Shown here: in pieces, positions 53,267 to 62,368 of the stretch | Layout of the letters: each line of letters opens with the position of its first letter | How positions within the stretch are numbered: position 1 is the stretch's first letter | Assembly (NCBI GenBank): GCA_036172245.1 | Contig: JAYWIR010000075.1 | Coordinates: 1 to 64,000 of the forward strand | DNA: 64,000 nt | DNA from: Raillietiella orientalis | Taxonomy: Eukaryota | Direction: 5' to 3' | Program-made: the position numbers and the translations under genes | Notes under the pieces: generated by a model | Database searches by the model: none | Seen by the model: only the letters and a program-made list of their open reading frames with translations | What the model was told of the DNA's origin: nothing

Positions 53267-56200
53267 TGCGGGGAATCGCGTCTTCTCGTCGTCTGTCCGT
53301 AACGTGTTGGAACGTGAACGGACTGCAGAACGACGAGAAGAGGAGATTAGTAGCCAACGCCCTGCGCCCCTTCGACCTCGCGCTCCTGCAGGAGATTCAC
53401 GTAATCTCCGACGAGCCGGCAGCCGAAATCGAGGAGCGCGCAGGCGGAACGCTACATTGGCGGTGCGGCGGCGCACACACGTGCGGCGTCGCGTTCCTCG
53501 TAAGAGGAAAAATGGCGGAAGCGGTGCGTAGTGTTCGTTTCGATGACAACGGACGGATAGGCCAGCTTGTCATCAAGTGGTCCGAGTCCATCGATCTCGT
53601 CGTTACGAACGTCTACGCGCCGAGTGGCTCTCGCTACCTCGAAGACAGAGTAGCTTTCTTTGGTGAGGTGCAGAGCCACTGGCTCAACAACTCCGGTTTC
53701 CAAGTGGCGCACCTCGTCGCTGGGGACTTCAACGTCCGCCTGCTCTCCGACGATTGGAGCCGCCCGAGGAAGCGCGCGCTGCCCATCGAGATGTGCGCGT
53801 CCGTGCACGCCGCCAACTTGATGGTCAGCGAACCTGGAATGGAAAGATCGCTCGATCACGTTTTCCTCGATGAAAACCTGCATTCGCGTGTGGGCAGGAG
53901 AGGAAGATTGTTGACTAGGCTTTCTGACCACCACAGGTTGGAGTTTGAGATCCTTCCGCCAGGCAGGGGGCCTCCGTTGCAAAACTGGAGGATGCAGGCG
54001 GATTGGCTTAGCCAACCGGAGGCTGCGGAGCATCTACGTGGATACCTCCGAGGCTTTGCCATTCAAGAACTTGCGGACTGGGACGATCTCAAAAGATCAG
54101 TCCGCGAGTTCTGCTGCCAATTCCCCTTGCACCGGCTTCCACGCGGTTTCGGAGAGGGCGTGGCCAACAGTAGAGACTTTCTGCAGGCCCGCACGTTTTC
54201 GAGACGCGCGGATGTCGGGCGTCTCGCAGAGTACAAGGCGAGGGCCGAGCGCCAGGTCTGGCAGTCCGGAGCAGCATGCCTGTTGGACGACAAAGGCCAG
54301 GAATGTTCGGCCCCAGCCGAAGTACGCCGCATTGTGAGACGCTACTACTCCTCGCTCTACGCGGATTCCCCGACGGAGGATATTCTTTCTGAGATACTCC
54401 TGTCTCAGGATGCTCGTGTTGTCGGCGAGGAGGACCGCGAACGTCTCGACGAGCCCTTCACGGCGGATGAATTTTCGTCCGCCATCGCTGGGCTGAAGAG
54501 ACGAAAGGCGCCAGGCGAGGATGGGCTCCCTGCAGAGTTTTATCAGTGCTTTGCAGTGGAGCTCATTCCTTTGATGCTGATACTCGCGACGCTGATGAGT
54601 GAATCCGGGAATGTCCCTGATTCCTTCCGCTCAGCGAAGGTGCGTCTCCTGCCGAAAGGCGGAGACTTGCGCCAACTTAACAACTGGCGTCCGATCACCT
54701 TGGTGAACTCGGACGTCAAGTTGTTTTCCAAGCTGTGGGTCGCGCGGCTAGGAAGAATCGCGGAATCTGTGGTGAGCCCGGAACAAACCTACGCGATTCC
54801 GGGACGATCCATGGAGGCGAACATCCTTTTCGCGCGTACATGGATGCAGCTGCAGGAAGTTGTGGCGCAGCAAAGCCAGGCTGCTGCGAAAGTCACTGCC
54901 GCAGGCAAAAAGAACAGGCGCCGACGGCAGGAGGGAACGCCAGGTGCCTTGGCGGTTGCGGTCGATCTCCACAAGGCGTTCGACTGCGTAAACCAGAAGC
55001 TGCTTTTGGAGCTTATGGAACGCCTTGGGTTCCCGGCGCAACTCCTGCTGTATTTGCGCGCGTGCTGGCGCCACGCGCTAACCTGCATCACTTTTAGCGG
55101 CTGCCGCGTGTATGGTATTCCCGTTCGTAGGGGCATCCGACAGGGCGACAGCTTAAGCCCGTTGCTCTTCAGCATCTTCTTTGAGTTGGTGCTAAGAGCA
55201 TACAGGCTGACGCTGTCTCACTTGCCAAGCTCCTGCCCGGGAACGCCTGCCGTGGCCGCCTACGCTGATGACCTGCTTCTTCTGCTCCCCATGTCCACCC
55301 CGGCGTCCAGTGTCGAGGATTTCTTCGACCTGATTCGTCGGGGAGCTGGCGTGAGCGTGAACAGAGAGAAGAGCGTGGTCGTTCCTGTGGGTACGTCGTG
55401 GGAGGGGCAGTCCGACTGGATCCGCCTGGGGATCCCCACGGGCGGGTACTTTAAGTACCTCGGCGTTCCGTTGGGCGCTTTCGGCGCAGCCGAAGCGTGG
55501 GCGGACTGTCTTCAGAAAGCAGAGTTGGCCATCAGCCCGTTCTTTAACGGCAAGTTTACCTTGCAGGAACGGGCGACTATTTGGAACACCTTTGTGGCCC
55601 CTCTCCTCCGTCCCCTGTTTTTTGTTTTGGACCCCCCCTATGCGGCAAAACAGCGGGCTAAGCGCCTGCTCAGGAACGCTCTCTGGGGTCCGGCGAGATC
55701 CAGGATCCGCCTTAAAGATTTGTCAGCTCCGCGTCGGGATGCTGGTTTGGGTATCCTGACAATGGAGCGAATCGGACTGCAGGTGCAGTTCCGACTGCTG
55801 GCACTGTGTGCCCAGCTATGGACATCCCCCCTGTGTGTGCCAGCTCGCATTCTCCTGCGGAGATGCGCCGGCAGCGGAGGATTTCTCTCGCTTTTGCCGG
55901 GCACTCAATACAGGAAGCGGGGTTTCGGATTTCCATTGCGGCAGTTGACCGCACTTCTGGAAGCACACTCTTGGATCTCCTGCCGCCCAATGAACTTTGA
56001 AGCTTGGCGGCAGGAGTCTGTTGAATCCTGGGCGGCGTTCCAAGGAATACGCCCTGAAGATCTTCGCCCCCTGCGCCAATTTTTTCCACGATCCTTGGAA
56101 GAAGTACTGCGGGACGAGGTGAAGTTTTCTACCCTGGCTGCCACGCCTCTTGCCGCAGCGCTGTCTGCCCTCAGAGCAAGAAACGACAGTTACCAACCGG

Positions 56201-56859
56201 CGAGGTGGGAGGTTTCCTGCACGATAGCGGGAAGAACCAAACTCCTTGGCACCTGGAAGACAAGTGAGTTGGCGGACGCCGCCACTCCTCGTGCTACTGC
56301 AAAGGGACTTCTCCGGTGGGCAGAAGAACTTGCTGTCACCCCCGAAGAACTTGTAGTCCCTCCACAGTGTATGGACAGTTCGCTGCTCCCCCTTGCTTGG
56401 AAACAAGCCGTGCTGCTTTTCGTTCACTGGGGTTTTCAGTGCAACGAGCGTTGGCATCGTGACTCCGGGGGACTTGCGTCTGCGAACTGCGTTCGGTGCG
56501 GATCGACGGAGTCGATTCCGCACCTACTTCTGGACTGCGGTGTCCTACAAGGACTGTGGCGTAGGCTGGCAACAGCACTATTGCATCCCGTGGACACCTC
56601 AAGAGACTTGCTGCGACGATTCTTCACGCCGAGCGGGCTTTCAGTAAGCGCAAGGATTGCAACCATCGGTTGCATACGCGCGATAGTTTCCGTCCGCCAG
56701 GCGTTGGTACTCAACGGACAGTACCAAGAGGTAATCAGCAAAGCATCCTTCTACATGGGAGCATCCGCTAGATGGCCTCATTTGACAGAGGAGACAAAGA
56801 GGAATCTCGCCGCAATACACCGCCGGTTTACACACCCTCATCAGCGGCCAACCCGGTGA
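53266..56859 (+). CDS. Family C ORF2, intact 1197-aa APE endonuclease / reverse transcriptase / Zn-finger protein
   Basis: WNVNGL, QE, YAP, GDFN, DH, SDH; KAPGEDG, WRPITL, DLHKAFD, QGDSLSP, YADD, YLG; CVRC..H...C. Confidence 0.96.
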   Translation: MRGIASSRRLSVTCWNVNGLQNDEKRRLVANALRPFDLALLQEIHVISDEPAAEIEERAGGTLHWRCGGAHTCGVAFLVRGKMAEAVRSVRFDDNGRIGQLVIKWSESIDLVVTNVYAPSGSRYLEDRVAFFGEVQSHWLNNSGFQVAHLVAGDFNVRLLSDDWSRPRKRALPIEMCASVHAANLMVSEPGMERSLDHVFLDENLHSRVGRRGRLLTRLSDHHRLEFEILPPGRGPPLQNWRMQADWLSQPEAAEHLRGYLRGFAIQELADWDDLKRSVREFCCQFPLHRLPRGFGEGVANSRDFLQARTFSRRADVGRLAEYKARAERQVWQSGAACLLDDKGQECSAPAEVRRIVRRYYSSLYADSPTEDILSEILLSQDARVVGEEDRERLDEPFTADEFSSAIAGLKRRKAPGEDGLPAEFYQCFAVELIPLMLILATLMSESGNVPDSFRSAKVRLLPKGGDLRQLNNWRPITLVNSDVKLFSKLWVARLGRIAESVVSPEQTYAIPGRSMEANILFARTWMQLQEVVAQQSQAAAKVTAAGKKNRRRRQEGTPGALAVAVDLHKAFDCVNQKLLLELMERLGFPAQLLLYLRACWRHALTCITFSGCRVYGIPVRRGIRQGDSLSPLLFSIFFELVLRAYRLTLSHLPSSCPGTPAVAAYADDLLLLLPMSTPASSVEDFFDLIRRGAGVSVNREKSVVVPVGTSWEGQSDWIRLGIPTGGYFKYLGVPLGAFGAAEAWADCLQKAELAISPFFNGKFTLQERATIWNTFVAPLLRPLFFVLDPPYAAKQRAKRLLRNALWGPARSRIRLKDLSAPRRDAGLGILTMERIGLQVQFRLLALCAQLWTSPLCVPARILLRRCAGSGGFLSLLPGTQYRKRGFGFPLRQLTALLEAHSWISCRPMNFEAWRQESVESWAAFQGIRPEDLRPLRQFFPRSLEEVLRDEVKFSTLAATPLAAALSALRARNDSYQPARWEVSCTIAGRTKLLGTWKTSELADAATPRATAKGLLRWAEELAVTPEELVVPPQCMDSSLLPLAWKQAVLLFVHWGFQCNERWHRDSGGLASANCVRCGSTESIPHLLLDCGVLQGLWRRLATALLHPVDTSRDLLRRFFTPSGLSVSARIATIGCIRAIVSVRQALVLNGQYQEVISKASFYMGASARWPHLTEETKRNLAAIHRRFTHPHQRPTR

Positions 56860-57142
56860 TCATTGCCCTACCCTCCATAAACTAAATTTGTATTTTCTTT
56901 TTACACCCGCGTCCCCATAGGCTCCGGAACATTTGAGGTGCTCATCGTTTAAATCCCCGTGAGTACGGAGCCTAGCCAAAAACCCTTTTCCCTTCCCTCC
57001 AGTTTTTGATTTTTGTTTGTTTCCCCTCATTCCCCCCACGCTGCGAGCGGTTTGTTTACCAGGCCTGCGTGGCGGTAATTTTTCTATGTTCTCTGTCGTT
57101 CTGTTGGTTGGGGACATTGTCCCTGACCAGTTTATTATTATT

Positions 57143-57170
57143 AATAAACGCCCCGGCGTGACCGGGTGAT
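57143..57170 (+). other. Conserved LINE 3'-terminal signal AATAAA-CG-C-CCCGG-N5-CCGGG-TG
   Basis: Found at seven element ends in the window (one degraded). Confidence 0.85.
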
Positions 57171-57172
57171 AA

Positions 57173-60100
57173 ATTTCAATCTCCGCCTGATAACAGGTGA
57201 GCCGGAAACACAGGTGAACGCGATGAACGAGTTGTGCGCCGCCATGCGTGTGCGCAACTTGTTCGCGGGTGAGAGGGGAATGGTCCGCAGCATCGACCAC
57301 GTCTTCCTCGACGCTGACCTGTGTTCACGGGTCGGCAAACGGGGGGGGGTTGCGTCAACGTTGTCGGACCATTCCCGGTTAATTTTCGAGATGCGGCCTC
57401 GCGACAAAGGACCGCCATCCAGAGACTGGCGTCTGCCGGGGGACTGGACGCGACTCTCAGGTGCGAAGGAACACCTTCGCGAATACCTGAGAGGCGTCAC
57501 GCTCCGGAATCTCCAAGACTGGGACCTTTTCAAGGAATCGGTCCGGGAGTTCTGCGAGCAGTTCCCCCTGGACCGCCTGCCCTCCGGATTCGGCGAGGGT
57601 CCTCGCAACCATCGGGCCTATTTACAGGCCCGAAGGTACGAGCGACCCCCTAATGTCCGTCGCCTGGCCGAGTACCGCGCCGGGGCCGAACGCCAAGCCT
57701 GGCAATCCGGGTCGGCCAGCTTGCTGGACGACCAGGGCCGGGAATGTTCGTCCCCGGCGTCGGTACGGCATCTCGTGCGGAGTTATTATTCCTCCCTTTA
57801 CGCCAGAGCGCCCCCGGATCAAGATGCCTCTCGGCTCTTGCTTCCGGATGGTGCCGCGGCAATAGGGGAGGAGGAGTCGTTAAGCCTCGATGAGCCTTTT
57901 ACCACCGGCGAAATTCTCGCCGGTATCAAAAGGCTCAAGAGGCGGTTAGCTCCAGGGGAAGACGGCTTGCCCGCGGAGTTCTATCAGAGCTTCGCGGAAG
58001 GGCTGGCGCCCCTGCTGCTTCAGCTGACAAGGCTGATCCGAGACGAAGGCGATGTTCCCGCCTCGTTTCGGTCAGCCAGAGTGAGGCTCCTTCCGAAAGG
58101 GGGAGACCTTAGGAATTTGAACAACTGGCGTCCGATCACGATTGTGAATACGGACGCCAAGTTGGTTGCCGGGCTATGGGCTTCGCGTCTGGGGCAGGTG
58201 GCAGAATCCATTATTAGCCCGGAGCAGACATATGCTGTTCCCGGGCGAAGTATGGATGCCAACCTCTTCTTCGCAAGCACATGGATGCACCTGCAGAGAA
58301 GAGAGAAGAAAGGGATAGGCAAAGTCGGCAACCCCACATTGGGGCCGCCAGCCGGGCTGGGAAGGGACTCCCGGGCGGGGAAGGGGGCCTTAGCGCTCGC
58401 AGTCGATCTCCATAAGGCGTTCGACTGTGTTGACCAGGGGCTTTTGTTGGAACTCCTGGGTCGCATGGGCTTCCCACCCTCCTTGATCAACTACCTGCGC
58501 TCCTGCTGGCGCCATGCGATAATTTCCGTCTCTTTCAGCGGTCAGAAGGTGCATGGCGTGCCGGTGCGGCGGGGCATCAGGCAGGGAGATAGCCTGAGTC
58601 CCCTGCTCTTCAGCACCTACTTTGAGTTGGTGCTGAGAGCCTACAGGGTGACTTTGGCCTCCTTGCCTAGCTCGTGTCCCGGCACGCCCGCCGTAGCAGC
58701 CTATGCCGACGACCTTCTCCTCCTGTTACCTATGTCCACCCCGGCGAAGGCGGTCGGAGACTTCTTCGATCTGCTCAGCCGTGGGACCGGACTGCAGGTC
58801 AACAGGGCGAAGTCGTCGGTGGTGCCAGTAGGTGCGGCGTGGGCAGGGCAGCAGGACTGGGTCCGTCTGGGGATCCCCACGGCGAGGTGCATCAAGTACC
58901 TTGGTGTGCCGTTGGGTGACTACTCCCCTGCGGAAGCGTGGTCCAGCTGTCTTCAAAAAGTCGATACGGCGATCGGCCCGTTCCTGGAAGGCAAGTTTCA
59001 CTTGCCGGAACGGGCCGCGGTTTGGAACGCCTTCGCGGCCCCCATCCTCCGCCCCTTGCTTTTTGTTTGCCCCGCCCCCAGACAATGCAAAAAGAGGACG
59101 AAGGACCTCCTCCGCATCGCCCTTTGGGGCAAGGGGAGGCCCCGAGTCCCTCTGCAGGACTTGTGCGCTCCGCGTCGGGACGGCGGCCTTGGCCTCCTGA
59201 CGCTGGCGCGCGTGGAAATCCAGCTGCGGTGGCGAACCCTCGCCATCGCAGCGAAGATGTGGAGCACCCCTTGGTGCGTTCCGGCCCGCCACCTCGCCAG
59301 GCGTGTGTCCCGATGCGAAGGACTCGCGTCGTTTCTTCTGTGCCCTGGCCGGAAGATCCGAAGATGCGGCCTTATGCTCGGACGCATAGCAACCTTGGCG
59401 AAGACGAACGGTTGGATGGTTTGTGGCCCCGCCAACTCCTCCGCCTGGTTAGAGGAGTCTGCTGGCACATGGGCTAAGCTGAACCGGAGGAGCGAAAACC
59501 ACATGAACTGCCTGCGAATCGGCCCATACGCCAACCGCACCCTGCGGGAAATACTGGAATTTCCTCGGAGTCGCAAGTGGGCGTTGACGACCCCCCTTCT
59601 ACGGCGATGCCCTACCTCCTGAGGGCGCTTCAGGATTGCCAGAAGCCGAGGTGGCAAGTCACCTGCCAGATCGCAGGCAGGAAGAAGATGTTAAGCGGCT
59701 GGACCACAGGAGAACTGGCGGACGCCACGACCCCGAGCGTCCAGCCGCGTGGACTAATGAGATGGGGCGAGCTGCTCGCCATCCCTACGGATGTGCTGAA
59801 GTGGCCCCCGGTATTAAAGGACTCCAGGATCCTGCCCCTTAAGTGGCAAGAGTCGGCGTTGCTTTTGTTGCACTGGGGTCTACCCTGCAACGCGCGCCGC
59901 TTCCACTGGACGAGGGGAGCTGTGGATCCTGCGTGTGCCAGGTGCGGGGAGCGGGAGTCGCTTCCCCACCTTATTGTGGATTGTGCTGCCCTCCGACCCC
60001 TTTGGGAACGGTTCGGGACGACCCTCGGGCTCCCTACGGGCAGCACCCCCAGAGACGTTCTTCGGCCCCTCTTCGTGAAGGACGCACTGCAGCCAGCCGC

Positions 60101-60526
60101 AGCCATCGCAGCCTTGTGCTGTGTCCGTGGCATCGTGGCTGCATGGAGCGACGCCAATAACGAAGGAGTGGGTCCACACGCGAGGGATGTCATCCCATAC
60201 GCCCAACGCTTCATGCGGAGAGCTGCCGGATGGCCCCAACTGGGGAATATGCAGACTGACCTCGAGGGCTTCGTTCGACGGATGGGCCCTCCTCACAGCG
60301 TTCAGTGATCCCTTCCCTGCCCTCCAACTTCTTTTTGTCTGTTTATGTTTTTTATTTTTATTTTTGTTTTATCCCCATCCCCCTTCGCTGCTGAGGAACG
60401 CTACGCTGGGCTGCGTCCCGGCGTCCCGGCAGGTCCAGTGCATATGGCCGTGAGCGGGGCCTTGTACCGCGGATGTAGAGTTGTTTTTTTAAAAAAATGA
60501 ACGCCCCGGGCGTACCCGGGTGTAAA
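57173..60526 (+). mobile_element. LINE family B, right part (ORF2 with one frameshift near 59590, stop 60308, 3' UTR)
   Basis: FN-LRLITGEP continues the GDFN split by C; terminal hairpin at 60505-60520. Confidence 0.93.
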
Positions 60527-62368
60527 CCTCCAAGGCTGGCAAAAAGGCAGTGAGGCGTCCGGCCTCCACCGAGGAGTCGGTAACTTCCGACCCCGAAGCG
60601 CAGGCCGGAAACCAAGTTTCCATCTCCGCGGCACCCCGCCGGAAGGCTGGAAGGAAGTCCAGCAAACCTTGGAAAGCCCCTCTCTAGGCCGAAGGCGTGG
60701 AGATGACTTCCGACTGCGAGGGTGCCATCAGCGTGGGAGAATCCCACGAATCGTCACCCGAGAGACCACCACGCACAGACACGGAGGAGATGGAGGGGGT
60801 TGAAGCCGGAAAGGTACCCAAGGTGCCTGAGGAGGCTGAAACCCTAATGGTCATCTCACCCGCCTCGGAAGAGGCGAGTTCCCCCACACCGTCATCTTCC
60901 CGGCAGTAATGCCGGGAATCTCCTCCCGCCGTCGTCTGCGTATCGCCGTTTGGAACGTGAACGGGATGATAGACGCCGGCAGGAGACAAGACATGGCCGC
61001 CATGCTAGGATCGTTCGACCTTGTGCTGCTGCAGGAGATCCATGTGATCTCTGCAGAACAAGCGCAGGAGATCGAACGCATCTACGGAGGGCGGCTGTGG
61101 TATCGGTGTGGAACATCGAGAAGTTGTGGTGTCGCCTACCTGCTTCGGCCCGCCATCGAGGCCGCCGCCCGTGGAGTTCGGTTCGACGATCACGGTCGTG
61201 TCGGCCAGCTGACTCTCAGCTGGTCCGACTCGATCGACCTGATCGTTACGAACGTTTACGCCCCGAGCGGAGCGGACCTGACGAACAGGAGGCCCAAGAA
61301 ATAATTTTTCCTTGCCCTCCATCGCGACTGGTTGACCGAGGCAGGCGTGCGGAATGCCCATCTGGTTGCAGGCTATTTTGAAGTTCGTCTGAAACCGGAT
61401 GGGCCGAATCACGAGCGTGACCTGGTCAACGAGGTGTGCGCGGTTGTACACACTTGTAATTTGTTGGCCAGTGTACCAGGGATGGAGGACAACATCGATC
61501 ACGTGTTCCTTGACGAGCACCTGTGCACTCGTGTGGGCAGGCGCTGCAAGTTGCCGTGCGAGTTTTCCGATCATCGACCAATCGTGATTGAAATCCATCC
61601 GCGCGACAGGGGCCCCCCCTCGTCAGCGTGGCGTTTGCCAGGGGACTGGCTAAAGCTCCCGGACGCGACGGAACATCTCCGCACGTTTATACGGAGCTTT
61701 AGGATGCAGACACTTCAGGATTGGGACCGCTTCAAACGGTGGGTCCAGGAGTTCTGCGACGAGTTCCCTCGGCACCGCCTACCTTCGGGATTTGGGGACG
61801 GGGTACTTAACGAACGAGCCTATCTACAGGCTCGCCGTTACACCAGGACCCCCGACATCCGCAGGCTGGCGGAATACAAAGCGGGAGCCGAAAGGCAAGC
61901 CTGGCAGTCAGGATCGGCCAGCTTGCTGGACGATCAGGGCCAGGAGCATTCGGCACCCGCTCAGATCCGCGGTCTGCTGCGGCGTTTTTACTCCTCCCTG
62001 TACGCAAAAACGCCTTCTGAGCGGGATTTCTCACGAATCTTGCTTCCGAAAGGCGCTCCTGAGATCGGGGAAGAGGAGAAAAAGTCCCTTGACGAGTCTT
62101 TCACGATGGGCGAGATCTTCTCGGCCATCGGAAAGCTCAAGAGGCGAAAGGCTCCAGGGGAGGACGGCCTGTCCGCGGAGTTTTATCATACTTTCGCGGC
62201 TGAGCTAACCCCCCTGGTACATCAACTCACCTTGCTGCTACGCGAGGCAGGTGACGTTCCCGCCTCGTTTCGTTCGGCAAAGGTGCGGCTTCTCCCTAAG
62301 GGAGGAGATCTGAGGAGCATGAACAACTGGCGTCCCATCACAATAGTGAATGCGGACGCCAAGTTGAT
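60527..62368 (+). mobile_element. LINE family A copy A2, right part (ORF1 end, ORF2 from 60909)
   Basis: cctccaaggctggc.. continues A ORF1 as in 44764-44800; cut by G after WRPITIVNADAKL. Confidence 0.9.

Larger units (their letters stand above)
51266..57172 (+). mobile_element. LINE family C, full-length, best-preserved insertion
   Basis: TSD ATTTCAATC at 51257-51265 and 57173-57181; both termini present; intact ORF2. Confidence 0.95.
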
